DNA of 60,740 nucleotides, counting the filler. It is 4 parts of 4 records of this genome, joined end to end, with 100 filler letters (N's around TTAATTAATTAA, not from the genome) between each part and the next. Parts side by side here need not be neighbours in the genome. Positions count along the whole stretch, not along the records: positions 17,370 to 43,717 come from DRR378314_2224; 3 more parts are not named here. The stretch is one strand, 5' to 3'. The first letter of the stretch is position 1; each line of letters opens with the position of its first letter. Made by a program: the position numbers and the translations under genes. Below the pieces are notes generated by a model. The model did not search any database and had not been told where the DNA came from. It saw nothing but the letters and a program-made list of their open reading frames with translations. This document shows positions 21,195-35,121 of this stretch, piece after piece.

Positions 21195-22502
21195 CTAACC
21201 CCGGCTCATGGTCTGGGGCAGGTAGGTGACGATCTCGGGGAACCAACCTATCAGCAGCAGCGCGGTCATAATCAGCAGGAAAAAGGGCAATGCCGCCCGG
21301 GCGACGTATAGGATGTCTTTGCCCGTCAGTGCCTGGATTACGAACAGGTTGAACCCCACCGGCGGTGTGATTTGTGCCATCTCAACAACCAGGACGATAA
21401 AGATGCCAAACCAGAGCATGTCGATTCCAGCTTGCTGAACCATGGGCATGACCACGGCGACGGTAAGAACAACGACGGAAATGCCGTCCAGGAAACAGCC
21501 CAGGATGACGAACAGGGCGGTCAGGCATACCAGCAATTCGAAGGAGGAGAGCGACATGCTCCCGATCCATTCCGCCAGCTCTCTTGGGATGCCAAGAAAG
21601 CCCATGGACAAGGTAAGAAAGTGCGCGCCTACCAGAATCAGGCCGATCATGCAGGAGCTTTTGACCGCACCCAGCAAGCTCGCCTTGAAACTGTCAGCGT
21701 TCAGAGAGCCGGTAATGGCCGCCAGCAACAGTGCGCCGAAAACACCGAGTGCCGCCGCCTCGGTCGGTGTGGTAAAGCCGGCATAGATTGAGCCGAGCAC
21801 AAACACAATCAGACCCACGATGGGGAGTAGCATTCGCAGCGCTTTGATTTTGGCCGAGAACGAAATGTGTTCTTTTTTATGTTTGGGCATCTCATCCTTA
21901 TTCAGTAATGCCCAGATCATGGTATACCCCATGAACATGGCCACCAGCATGAGACCGGGCAGGGCGCCTGCGATAAACAAGCGGCCGATGGACACCTCCG
22001 CGGCAACACCGTAGACGATCAGAATAATGGACGGTGGGATCAGTAGCCCAAGGGTGCCTGAACCAGCAAGTGTGCCAACAGCCATGCGGTCGCTGTACCC
22101 CTGAGCCTTGAGCTCGGGGAGTGTCATGCGCCCGATGGTGGCTGCCGTGGCTGCTGATGAACCGGAAACTGCCGCGAAAATGCCGCAACTGAGAATATTC
22201 ACGTGCAGAAGCTTGCCAGGTAAACCGCCCATCCAGGGTGACAGCCCCTTGAACAGATCCTCGGACAGACGAGTGCGAAACAGTACTTCACCCATCCAGA
22301 TGAACATAGGCAGCGCCGTCAGCGACCAGCCGGTGCTCGCGCCCCAACTGGAGGTCGCGAACAGAAGGCCTATCTGGTCATTGCCCGACAACAGAAGCCC
22401 TAGGACACCAATGCCGACCAACGTCAAAGATACCCAAACGCCAAGCGCGAGCATCAATATCATGGAGGCAGCGAGGGCGATGGAAAGCAGCGTTGTATCC
22501 AT
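21195..22502 (-). CDS. dctM: TRAP transporter large permease
   Basis: ALPMFIWMGE, FAAVSGSSAATAAT, GTLGLLIPPS, ITPPVGFNLFV. Many TM helices. Confidence 0.93.
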   Translation of the reverse strand: MDTTLLSIALAASMILMLALGVWVSLTLVGIGVLGLLLSGNDQIGLLFATSSWGASTGWSLTALPMFIWMGEVLFRTRLSEDLFKGLSPWMGGLPGKLLHVNILSCGIFAAVSGSSAATAATIGRMTLPELKAQGYSDRMAVGTLAGSGTLGLLIPPSIILIVYGVAAEVSIGRLFIAGALPGLMLVAMFMGYTMIWALLNKDEMPKHKKEHISFSAKIKALRMLLPIVGLIVFVLGSIYAGFTTPTEAAALGVFGALLLAAITGSLNADSFKASLLGAVKSSCMIGLILVGAHFLTLSMGFLGIPRELAEWIGSMSLSSFELLVCLTALFVILGCFLDGISVVVLTVAVVMPMVQQAGIDMLWFGIFIVLVVEMAQITPPVGFNLFVIQALTGKDILYVARAALPFFLLIMTALLLIGWFPEIVTYLPQTMSRG

Positions 22503-23020
22503 CAGATTTCCTCCAGATTGACGTCATTTTCGTGCTGTTGGTAGGAAGGCACGCGTTTTCGCAGTACGGCAACCAGGTCATCCAGGATGGCGATAGTAAG
22601 CGCTAACGTGCCCAGGCCCACCGGGATCTGCGGTATCCAGAGCGGAATGGGAATGTAGCCGTGTGATACTTCCTCAAAAACGTAGGATTCCCAGACCATG
22701 TGCCAGCAATAGAACGTCATAAAGCAGGAAAGGCCCAGGCCCAGTATGAGTACCGCCAGTTCCTGAACGAACCGCGTCCGGGCCGACCACTTCTGGATGA
22801 CCAGGGTCACCCTGATATGGCCACCTTCATGAAAGGTGTAGGCAAGCCCGAAAAACGTAGAGGCGGCAAGCGCATACCCCGACACGTTTTCAGCAGAAGG
22901 GATGATAAAGCCGAACAGGCGACCAACAATCTGCACCAGGATCACGACCATGATCAATGCAATGCAGAAACCCGCTGCGTAACCAGATGCCAGGTAAAAC
23001 TTGTCTCGAAGGGTACTCAT
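22502..23020 (-). CDS. dctQ: TRAP transporter small permease
   Basis: Four TM helices and a GGHIRVTL motif. Lies between dctP and dctM. Confidence 0.9.
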   Translation of the reverse strand: MSTLRDKFYLASGYAAGFCIALIMVVILVQIVGRLFGFIIPSAENVSGYALAASTFFGLAYTFHEGGHIRVTLVIQKWSARTRFVQELAVLILGLGLSCFMTFYCWHMVWESYVFEEVSHGYIPIPLWIPQIPVGLGTLALTIAILDDLVAVLRKRVPSYQQHENDVNLEEI

Positions 23021-23086
23021 GGAAGCTGCCTCCCAAGCCAGCTTTCCCGCTGGCGTACCAGGGGAAAGCGTCTTGTGAATGGACCG

Positions 23087-24052
23087 TTAACGGTAATCTT
23101 GCAGAATAGCGCCGACTTCCTTCGGAGCTTCCTCCTCCCACTCCTTGATCATGATGTCGCCGATCTTCTGGAATTCCTGCATCAGCTGTTCGGACGGCTC
23201 GGATACTTCAATGCCGTTCTCTGCCAGCGTGGCCGTGTCTTCGGCGGCAGTGACGCGAACCCCATCCCAGCCCTTCGTCTCGGCTGCTGCGGCAGCATCA
23301 AGAATGACCTGTTGCTGTTCCTCGCTCAGGCGGCGAAATGCGCGTTTATTGACAACAACAACGTTCTTGGGAATCCAGGCTTTGATGTCTGTGTAGTGAG
23401 AGACATAGTCCCAGGCTTGACCGTTTGCGCCGGTTGACGGTGAGGTGATCATCGCGTCGATAATGCCGGTGCTGAAGGCTTGCGGAATCTCCGGAACCTG
23501 AACCGTGGTTGGCGTGGTGTTCATGAGGTCTGCGAGCCGGGACGTGGAAGGGCTATAAGCGCGCATCTTCAGGCCCTCCAGGTCGTCCATGGTATTGACC
23601 GGAGCCTTTGTGTAGAGGCTTTGGGCGGGCCATGGCACCGTGTAGAGCAGCTTCATACCCTCTTTATCGAGTTGTTTTTCTACCTCGGGCTTTGCCGCCT
23701 CCCAGAGACGTTTGGCGTCGTCGAAGCTGGTTGCCAGAAACGGAATGTTGTCGTGTTTGAACACCGGATGGGTGTTGCCCATGATACCGATGAAGATCTC
23801 GCCCAACTGAACCTGCCCGGTGCGGACGGCCCTGGGGATTTCCGGGTGTTTAACCAGTGACGCGCCAGAGTGGACAGTGATGTCTATATCGCCGTTTGTG
23901 CCTGCCTTGATGTCTTCGGCAAACTCATAGGCAATTTTGGTTGGCAGGTTTGCATCGCCGTAGGGCGTTGGCATGTGCCATTGGGCAGCGTTGACTGCAC
24001 TGGTAAAGAAAGCTCCTGCCATCAGGGTGGCTGTCGCAAGGTGTTTGATCAT
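23087..24052 (-). CDS. dctP: TRAP transporter solute-binding protein, probably for pyroglutamate
   Basis: Signal peptide and DLEGLKMRAY motif. The N-terminus WHMPTPY...HPEIPRAVRTGQ resembles, from memory, the Bordetella DctP6/DctP7 group. pxp context. Confidence 0.85.
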   Translation of the reverse strand: MIKHLATATLMAGAFFTSAVNAAQWHMPTPYGDANLPTKIAYEFAEDIKAGTNGDIDITVHSGASLVKHPEIPRAVRTGQVQLGEIFIGIMGNTHPVFKHDNIPFLATSFDDAKRLWEAAKPEVEKQLDKEGMKLLYTVPWPAQSLYTKAPVNTMDDLEGLKMRAYSPSTSRLADLMNTTPTTVQVPEIPQAFSTGIIDAMITSPSTGANGQAWDYVSHYTDIKAWIPKNVVVVNKRAFRRLSEEQQQVILDAAAAAETKGWDGVRVTAAEDTATLAENGIEVSEPSEQLMQEFQKIGDIMIKEWEEEAPKEVGAILQDYR

Positions 24053-24105
24053 ATCGATTCTCCCGTTATTTTGTTGTTGTTGCTTTGATCATCAATTGGC
24101 AGTTG

Positions 24106-24921
24106 CTACAGCACCGCCAGTTCCTCATTGAGCCGCTCGGTGAGCAGCATTTTTCCCGGTACGTGAGTGATCGCGATCGGGGGGCGTGCGTTTTCCAGAG
24201 CAACCTGCGGCGTGACGCCACAGGCCCAGAACACCGGCAGTTCATCAGGGCCGATGGTGACGGCGTCGCCAAAATCCGGAGCGTGGATATCGTTGATTCC
24301 GATCAGGGCCGGATCCCCGATGTGCACCGGCGCCCCGTGCGCTTTGGGTAGCCGGGTGGTGATCTGAATCGCCCGGATAGCATCGGCAGCTTTGAACGGC
24401 CTCATGGAGACCACCATGTTGCCGTGGAACCGGCCGGCCGATTGGGTGGCAATGTTCGAGCGATACATGGATACGTTCTGCCCCTGCTCGACGTTCCTGA
24501 TGGACAGGCCGGCACGGACCAGCGCATCTTCGAACGAGAAGGAGCAGCCGAGTACAAACGTCACAAAATCGTTGCGCCACACATCGCGAATGTCAGTGGC
24601 AGTCTCAGCCCGTTCACCATTGCGGAAGATCTGGTACTCGGGGATGTCGGTTCGGATGTCAAGATCACGTCCAAGGCCCGGCAGCATGGGGTCACCGGTC
24701 TGGGAGACGCCAATCAGGGGGCAGGCGACAGGATTGTTCTGGCAAAACAGAAGAAAATCGTTCGCCCAGTCCGCCGGCAGGATGACGACATTGCCCTGAA
24801 CCAGGCTCTGTGCCTTGCCGCTGGTGGTTCCGGTATGGGTACCGGAACGTATGTGTGCGCGTAGCTCAGATACCCGGTCAAGCAGGCCTGTTTTGAAGTC
24901 TGAATAATCGCCGGTCTGCAT
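24106..24921 (-). CDS. DUF1445/UPF0317 putative hydro-lyase (YcsI / D-glutamate cyclase-like)
   Basis: [61 protein letters not shown] family motifs. Confidence 0.85.
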   Translation of the reverse strand: MQTGDYSDFKTGLLDRVSELRAHIRSGTHTGTTSGKAQSLVQGNVVILPADWANDFLLFCQNNPVACPLIGVSQTGDPMLPGLGRDLDIRTDIPEYQIFRNGERAETATDIRDVWRNDFVTFVLGCSFSFEDALVRAGLSIRNVEQGQNVSMYRSNIATQSAGRFHGNMVVSMRPFKAADAIRAIQITTRLPKAHGAPVHIGDPALIGINDIHAPDFGDAVTIGPDELPVFWACGVTPQVALENARPPIAITHVPGKMLLTERLNEELAVL

Positions 24922-25001
24922 CTCGGCTACCCCTGATTGAATTTGTTATGTGGTTATGGATCAGGTTATTCCTATTGGCGAAAAAGTCTAATTATGGTTT
25001 T

Positions 25002-25919
25002 TTACGTTTGGTGATAAGTTTCGGTGATGTCAGGTTCCGTGTATTGTTTCGAAACGTTTACCGCCAGGTTGGCGGCCAGTTCGGCAATCGGGTTGAAAGG
25101 CACGCTGGGGTACGAGGCCGTGAATGCGAGTTGTGATGGGGTCCAAGCGGCATCCAGAGTGATCAGGCGCCCACTTTTAAGGCCATCAGATATCACGCTC
25201 AGCGGTAATGCGGACACACCAATGCCATCCAGTGTCAGGCGGCGACACGCTGCCAGGGAACTGGACGAATAGAAGCGTGCGGGCAGTTCGTCCAGTTCGC
25301 TGAATTTCTGGCTGATTTCGGCGAACGGTTTGGTGTTTCTGGCGTAGGTGATAATTGGCCACTGGGCCAGTTCCTCAAGTTCCAGCTTCCGGTTTGGCAG
25401 CTTCAGCGAGGGACTAGCAACCCAGATCAGGGGGAAACTGCACAGGTCCAGGTTCTCAATTTTGGGTTCGGAAACCGGGCCCATGAGGAAGGCGAGGTCA
25501 AAGGTCCTGTCCATCAGGCCTGCGCGGAGGTTTCCGGTTACGTCGACGGTTATCTCCACGTCCAGGTTCGGCGTGTTCTCGTTCAGCTCGCGGAAGAAGT
25601 AAGGCAGCCAGGAGTGGACAATGGTTTCGGAAACGCCAAGTCTCAAGATGCCGGACAGCAACGCTACCCTGTCGGCTCGTTTGCGGAGCTGTTGTGACAT
25701 GGAGACGATTTTCTCGGCATAGGGCAATAGCTCCTGCCCCCGGGTCGTCAACATGGTGCGGCCGGAATCGCGCTCAAAGAGTTGAACGCCCAGTTCCTCT
25801 TCAAGAGCTGCTATTCGATTGGATATCGCGGGTTGAGTGGTGTTCTGCCGCTCCGCTGCCTTGCGAAAGCTGCCGAGGGTGGCTACCCAGATAAAGGTTT
25901 CCAGACGTTTAAAGTTCAT
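25002..25919 (-). CDS. LysR-family transcriptional regulator
   Basis: MNFKRLETF...GSFRKAAERQNTTQPAISNRIAALEEELGVQLFER HTH. Start at ATG 25919. Confidence 0.92.
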   Translation of the reverse strand: MNFKRLETFIWVATLGSFRKAAERQNTTQPAISNRIAALEEELGVQLFERDSGRTMLTTRGQELLPYAEKIVSMSQQLRKRADRVALLSGILRLGVSETIVHSWLPYFFRELNENTPNLDVEITVDVTGNLRAGLMDRTFDLAFLMGPVSEPKIENLDLCSFPLIWVASPSLKLPNRKLELEELAQWPIITYARNTKPFAEISQKFSELDELPARFYSSSSLAACRRLTLDGIGVSALPLSVISDGLKSGRLITLDAAWTPSQLAFTASYPSVPFNPIAELAANLAVNVSKQYTEPDITETYHQT

Positions 25920-26016
25920 GGGTTCTCTTCGTGCATTGGTACAAGGAATACCCAGCGAGAGCGAGGGAGGCTTGCCCGTTGACACTGAAAGCTTAGTTCA
26001 GGTTGTCAAAAGGCAT

Positions 26017-26046
26017 AAAAAAACCCCGGCACGCGGCCGGGGTTTT
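26017..26046 (-). terminator. Intrinsic terminator after the porin gene
   Basis: Stem AAACCCCGGC/GCCGGGGTTT with a T-run on the minus strand. Confidence 0.85.
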
Positions 26047-26069
26047 CGTGTTGCTGACTTCTAATCAGA

Positions 26070-27194
26070 TTAGAAGTTGTACTGTGCTGCGAACAGGATA
26101 CGGTTTGCATCGCCGTCGCTGCCGTCTACGTTGTCACGCTGCAGACGGGCATATTCAACACCCATCATCACGTTCTTGACCGGCATCCACTGATAGTTGG
26201 CCATGATGGCAGAGTTGGACTCGCTTTCGCCGCCAACAGCAGCGCCGTCGTCCTCAGCGTCATCCCAGTCTACCTCGACCAAGCCGTAGCCGATGTTGAT
26301 GCTGCGTCCACCGCCGAGGCTGAAGCCAGCGCCAACAGAGCCGCCATAACCTGAGATCGATTCCAGGTCACCACCGGTAACATAAGCACTTGCTGCGCCG
26401 AAGTTATCACCGGAACGATAGAGGTAATCGTTCGCACCGTCGGAGTAAGACAAAGTACCCTGAATGGTAATCATGTCGCTCAAAGCCAGCTTGAGCGCGC
26501 CGAACGTTGCAAAACCGAAAGTGCTCTCGTCGGTGGAGCCGTCATCGTAGCCAACCTGGTGCGCAAGCACGGCCGCTGAGTACGACATGCCACCCTGAGA
26601 GTCCTGCAGGCGAGCCGTAATGGCTGGCATCGAATCTTTCTCGGCCGCTGGAGCATTCAGGATAGAGCTGCTTGGCTCTTCCAGAGAGAACGACAGCGGG
26701 CCTGTGGTGTAACGAGCCTGTGCAACACGACCCTGCAGACCGGCAAGACCTGGCAGTGAGTCGAAGTCCAGAGTTGAAGTGTTACCCACGAAGCTGGTGA
26801 AGTTGGACCAGGTCTGGCCCATCAGGACGCCTTTGTATTCACCGTAACCATGACGCAGGCGCAGAGTGCCGCCGCGGAAGTCACCTTCCACTGTGACGCT
26901 GACGCCTTCAGGGGACGTGGTTTTCACACCAATGCGCGTTTGTACAGCATCGGCACCGAAGTGTCCGGTTGCGCCGTCGCTACCAGAGGTGTTGATGAGA
27001 TCGTAGGAACCTGCACGAGTGGAAATACCGACTTCTTCGTCGATGTCGTAACTTGCGTTCAGACGAGCATAACCATAAACGCTTGTGTCGTAGCCGCCAG
27101 CGTCGAAGCTGACTGCTTGTGCCTGCGCAGCTACCCCCAGAATTGCTACCGCAGCCGTTGAACGAATTGCCATTCTCAGTTTGTTGCTTTGCAT
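26070..27194 (-). CDS. DcaP-family trimeric outer membrane porin
   Basis: Signal peptide, VYGYARL, EGDF...LRLRHGYG...LMGQTWSNF, C-terminal QYNF. Start MQSNKL after GGAGA. Confidence 0.8.
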   Translation of the reverse strand: MQSNKLRMAIRSTAAVAILGVAAQAQAVSFDAGGYDTSVYGYARLNASYDIDEEVGISTRAGSYDLINTSGSDGATGHFGADAVQTRIGVKTTSPEGVSVTVEGDFRGGTLRLRHGYGEYKGVLMGQTWSNFTSFVGNTSTLDFDSLPGLAGLQGRVAQARYTTGPLSFSLEEPSSSILNAPAAEKDSMPAITARLQDSQGGMSYSAAVLAHQVGYDDGSTDESTFGFATFGALKLALSDMITIQGTLSYSDGANDYLYRSGDNFGAASAYVTGGDLESISGYGGSVGAGFSLGGGRSINIGYGLVEVDWDDAEDDGAAVGGESESNSAIMANYQWMPVKNVMMGVEYARLQRDNVDGSDGDANRILFAAQYNF

Positions 27195-27281
27195 CTTTGT
27201 TGTCTCCACACATTATTTTTGTTGGACCCACTTCAAAGTAGTTACGAATTCATGACATTTCAAATAAATTCTTGCATTAAT

Positions 27282-27295
27282 TAGACGAATGTCTA
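27282..27295. promoter_or_regulatory. Palindromic operator candidate TAGAC-N4-GTCTA upstream of the porin
   Basis: Perfect 5-bp-arm inverted repeat in an AT-rich divergent intergenic region. Confidence 0.45.
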
Positions 27296-27400
27296 TGCAG
27301 CGAAATCGCCGGTTTAGCGGAACTTTTTGACAATTGTGTTTATTTCCCTGAGCCAGTAGGGCAGAACATCGGTTAATTCCAACTTTGCGTACCTGTTTTC

Positions 27401-28852
27401 ATGATGAAAAATACTCTGACGCTCGACGCCGCCACCTTTGCCTTTCTTGATATTGAAACCACTGGCGGGAATTCATCCCACGACCGGATCACGGAGATTG
27501 GTGTCCGCTTCTGGCGCGCCGGAGAGGTGGTCGGCCAGTGGCAGACACTGATTAACCCGGAAACCCGGATTTCCCCGTTTATCGAGAGCCTGACCGGCAT
27601 CTCCAATGCCATGGTGGCGAATGCGCCCGTGTTTGAAGACATTGCCGGCACGCTGGAAGAGCAACTGAAAGACACCATTTTTGTCGCCCATAACGCGCGC
27701 TTTGATTACGGCTTTATAAAAGCCGAGTTCCGGCGGCTGGGTTTGCTGTTTTCGGCGAAGGTACTGTGTACCGTCAAACTGTCCCGCAAGCTTTATCCCG
27801 GTTTCCGGCGCCACAACATGGATGCGTTGATTGAGCGTCACGGTCTGGAGAAGGTCCAGCGACACCGGGCTTTGGGGGATGTCTCCGCGATGATGGCGTT
27901 CTTCGAGCATGCTCTGGCGGAAAAGGGGCGCGATGCCATGGAAGCGGCGATCCGCAACCTGCTGCAACGCCCCAGTATTCCGTCCAACCTGCCCACCGAT
28001 GTGCTTCAGGATCTCCCGCGTGGGCCAGGGGTGTATCGATTCTATGGTGAAAACGACGTTCTTCTGTACGTAGGTAAAAGTACTAACATCGCCCAGCGAG
28101 TGGCCTCTCACTTCTCTGGTGACCACAATTCAAGCCGTGGCGTACGAATGTCCGAAAGCCTGAGGCGGGTGGACTGGACAGAAACCGCTGGCGAGCTGGG
28201 CGCGTTACTGCTTGAATTAAAGCAGATAAAGCAGTTGAAACCGCTGTTCAATCGGCGCTCCCGGGCGGCCAAGAACCTGGTGAGCATTGAGCTGGCTGAA
28301 AACACGTCCGGCTACCTGCAGGCGCGCCTTGTCTGGGAGATTGAGCCACACCGGCTGGGCGACTATTTTGGCTTGTTCCGTAGCAAGAAAGACGCTGAGA
28401 AAGCGCTTAGTGGCATCGCCGCGAAGAACGACCTTTGTAATAAACTGTTGGGGCTGGAGCCGGATGGCGATGGGCCCTGTTTCCAGCGTACCCTTGGCCG
28501 TTGCAAAGGCGCCTGTGATGGCGGTGAGGATGTTGTCAGGTACAACCTGAGAATGCAGATTGCGTTCCACGGGTTGCGCCTGAAAACCTGGCCCTGGAAG
28601 GGGCCCGTCGGGGTGGTTGAGCCCAATGCCAGAACCGGCAGAACCGATATCCTGGTGGTTTACAACTGGATGCATGTTGCCACCCTGAACAGCATGGATG
28701 AACTGGAAAACGTTTCTTTGCGAGGCCAGGCGGTCAATTTCGACCTGGACTCCTACAAGCTGGTGGTCAAGGCCCTGATGGGGCAGGATGGGCGCTCGCT
28801 GAAGGTTCTGGAGCTGGATGCGGTCGGCACACCGGATGTGCTGATGCCCTGA
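27401..28852 (+). CDS. DEDDh 3'-5' exonuclease (DnaQ-like) fused to a GIY-YIG UvrC/Cho-like endonuclease
   Basis: FLDIETTG, AHNARFDYGF and HRALGD exonuclease motifs. GVYRFY...LLYVGKS...RVASHF GIY-YIG. Cys cluster C..CFQRTLGRCKGAC. Confidence 0.88.
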   Translation: MMKNTLTLDAATFAFLDIETTGGNSSHDRITEIGVRFWRAGEVVGQWQTLINPETRISPFIESLTGISNAMVANAPVFEDIAGTLEEQLKDTIFVAHNARFDYGFIKAEFRRLGLLFSAKVLCTVKLSRKLYPGFRRHNMDALIERHGLEKVQRHRALGDVSAMMAFFEHALAEKGRDAMEAAIRNLLQRPSIPSNLPTDVLQDLPRGPGVYRFYGENDVLLYVGKSTNIAQRVASHFSGDHNSSRGVRMSESLRRVDWTETAGELGALLLELKQIKQLKPLFNRRSRAAKNLVSIELAENTSGYLQARLVWEIEPHRLGDYFGLFRSKKDAEKALSGIAAKNDLCNKLLGLEPDGDGPCFQRTLGRCKGACDGGEDVVRYNLRMQIAFHGLRLKTWPWKGPVGVVEPNARTGRTDILVVYNWMHVATLNSMDELENVSLRGQAVNFDLDSYKLVVKALMGQDGRSLKVLELDAVGTPDVLMP

Positions 28853-28892
28853 GTGGCGTATGATTGAATGTACCTTTTCACGTATTGTTTGA

Positions 28893-30119
<1,227 letters not shown>

Positions 30120-30173
30120 CAGGCGTTCGCGACGAGGTTAACCACAAATACTGACACTGACAGGGAGCCGCCT

Positions 30174-31190
30174 ATGTGGCTGGTACGTCCGGCTCAGCCG
30201 GGTGACCTGAACGACATACTCGATATCGCCGGGGGCCAGGGCCCCCGGATGTCATCCACCCTGCCTAAAAAACAGGAAGCACTATCCGCCAAGATTGAAC
30301 AATCCACTCGCTCCTTTGCTGGCACCAACAAGCCTGAAGAGCCCAGGCGCTTTTTGTTTGTTCTCGAAGACACCGGCAGCGGTAAGGTCCAGGGTGTATC
30401 CGGTATCGATGCGCGCGCGGGTAACGGGCAGCCCTTCTACAATTACCGGCAAGACGCGCTTATCCATGCGTCCCATGAGCTGGGCGTCTCCCGCCGGGTG
30501 GAGGTTCTGTACCCGTCCCACGCCCTGACGGACCACACGCTGCTGTGCTCCTTCGCGATCAGGCCCGAGCTGCGTGGCACAGATGCGTTCGAGTTGCTGT
30601 CACGCGCCAGGATGCTGTTTATCGCCAGCCATCGACCGCTGTTCACGGATCATGTGGTTGTAGAGATTCAGGGTGTGCAGACGGAAGACGGTGAAGTACC
30701 GTTCTGGGACAGCCTGGGGCGGCACTTCTTCAACATGGATTTTGAAACCGCTGACCAATACTCGGGGGTGTTGAGCAAAACCTTTATTGCAGAACTGATG
30801 CCACCCAACCCGATCTACGTCACGCTGCTGAGTCAGGCCGCCCAGGACGCACTTGGGCAACCCCACACACAGACCCGGTCGACGTATGAGTTGCTTCAGC
30901 GTGAAGGGTTCCGGGCTGGTTGCTATCTCGATATTTTTGATGCCGGGCCAGTATTGGAGGCCCGTACCGATGCACTCAAGTCTGTTGTGACCAGCCATCC
31001 GAAAACCCTGCACGCCGCCCACACCGACGACGGCGAAACCTGCCTGATCTCCGGCGGTGAGAGCAGCGATTTCCGCAGTACGCTGACGCCAGTCACCGAG
31101 AGCCTCGAGGACGAAGTGAGAGTGCCACCGAAAACCTGGGAGAAGCTGGGGCAGAGTTCCGGTGACAAGGTATGGGTGACGCCTCTATGA
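30174..31190 (+). CDS. aruF: Arginine N-succinyltransferase alpha subunit
   Basis: AstA fold: FLFVLED, ELLSRARMLFIA, PFWDSLGRHFF, DIFDAGP. Precedes a second AstA paralog. Confidence 0.85.
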   Translation: MWLVRPAQPGDLNDILDIAGGQGPRMSSTLPKKQEALSAKIEQSTRSFAGTNKPEEPRRFLFVLEDTGSGKVQGVSGIDARAGNGQPFYNYRQDALIHASHELGVSRRVEVLYPSHALTDHTLLCSFAIRPELRGTDAFELLSRARMLFIASHRPLFTDHVVVEIQGVQTEDGEVPFWDSLGRHFFNMDFETADQYSGVLSKTFIAELMPPNPIYVTLLSQAAQDALGQPHTQTRSTYELLQREGFRAGCYLDIFDAGPVLEARTDALKSVVTSHPKTLHAAHTDDGETCLISGGESSDFRSTLTPVTESLEDEVRVPPKTWEKLGQSSGDKVWVTPL

Positions 31191-31218
31191 ACAGGGCAAC
31201 CACAGACAGGAGGCCGGA

Positions 31219-33746
<2,528 letters not shown>

Positions 33747-33759
33747 CGGAAGACGAGTC

Positions 33760-35100
33760 ATGGCCAAGCACGCGGTAGAAGCCAATTTCGATGGCCTGGT
33801 AGGGCCCACCCATAACTATGCCGGGCTGTCCTGGGGTAATGTGGCGTCCAAGTCCAACGTTCGCTCGGTATCCAATCCGAAGGAAGCGGCCCTGCAGGGG
33901 TTGGCGAAGATGAAACGTCTGGCGGATCGCGGCTTCGTTCAGGGCGTACTGCCGCCCCATGAACGCCCGCATATTCCGACCTTGCGGGCGTTGGGGTTTA
34001 CCGGTTCAGACCGCGACGTTCTCAGTGCTGCCGCCAAACAGAGCCCGTCCATCCTGGCGGCAGCGTCTTCGGCGTCTACCATGTGGACGGCCAACGCCGC
34101 CACAGTCTCGCCGAGCGCGGACACATCCGACCATCGGGTACACTTCACACCGGCGAACCTGAGCGCCAAGTTCCATCGCTCCATCGAGCATGTGGTCACG
34201 GGTCGGGCCCTGAAATCCATCTTTGCGGATGAAGCCTGGTTCGCCCACCACCCGGCGCTCCCATCAGTCAGCCAGTTTGGTGACGAAGGCGCCGCCAACC
34301 ACACCCGCTTGTGTGGCGGGTACGGCGAACCGGGTGTGGAGCTGTTCGTGTACGGCCAGATTGCCTTTAACGAACAGGCGCCGGCTCCAAAGCTTTATCC
34401 CGCACGACAGACCCTTGAGGCATCCCAGGCCATCGCTCGTCTGCATGGCCTGAAAGACAGTCGCGTGGTGTTCGCTCAGCAGAACCCAGCCGCGATTGAT
34501 GCCGGGGTGTTCCACAACGACGTTATCGCGGTGGGCAATGGCAACGCGCTGTTCTACCACGAGCTGGCATTCCTGGACGAAGAAACGGTGTTGGCGGATA
34601 TTCGCTCACGCCTGACGGGTGCGGAACTGGAGGCCGTGCGTGTCACCAGTGAGCAGGTGCCTCTGGAAGACGCCGTTGCCTCCTACCTGTTCAACAGTCA
34701 GTTGCTGAACACGCCCGATGGCATGATGCTGGCGGTGCCGGGGGAGTGCCGTGAAATTGCGTCGGTCAGCCGTTATCTGGATGAGTTGGTCGAAAGCTCG
34801 GGCCCAATCACTTCGGTGGAGGTTTTCGACGTCAAACAGTCCATGCGCAACGGCGGTGGACCGGCGTGTCTGCGTTTACGGGTGGTGCTGAACGACGACG
34901 AGCTCAAGGCTATGCATCATGGCGTGTTGCTCACCGATGCGCTTTATGAACGCCTGACAACCTGGGTGGAGGCGCATTACCGCGAGGAACTGTCCCATGA
35001 TGACCTGGGTGACCCGATGCTGCTTGAGGAAGTGCGTAAGGCGCTGGACGAGCTGACGGGGATTCTGGGGCTTGGGTCTATCTACGATTTCCAGCTCTGA
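33760..35100 (+). CDS. astB: N-succinylarginine dihydrolase
   Basis: [49 protein letters not shown]. Confidence 0.95.
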   Translation: MAKHAVEANFDGLVGPTHNYAGLSWGNVASKSNVRSVSNPKEAALQGLAKMKRLADRGFVQGVLPPHERPHIPTLRALGFTGSDRDVLSAAAKQSPSILAAASSASTMWTANAATVSPSADTSDHRVHFTPANLSAKFHRSIEHVVTGRALKSIFADEAWFAHHPALPSVSQFGDEGAANHTRLCGGYGEPGVELFVYGQIAFNEQAPAPKLYPARQTLEASQAIARLHGLKDSRVVFAQQNPAAIDAGVFHNDVIAVGNGNALFYHELAFLDEETVLADIRSRLTGAELEAVRVTSEQVPLEDAVASYLFNSQLLNTPDGMMLAVPGECREIASVSRYLDELVESSGPITSVEVFDVKQSMRNGGGPACLRLRVVLNDDELKAMHHGVLLTDALYERLTTWVEAHYREELSHDDLGDPMLLEEVRKALDELTGILGLGSIYDFQL

Positions 35101-35121
35101 CCCGATTTTCGTCCTCTTTTC

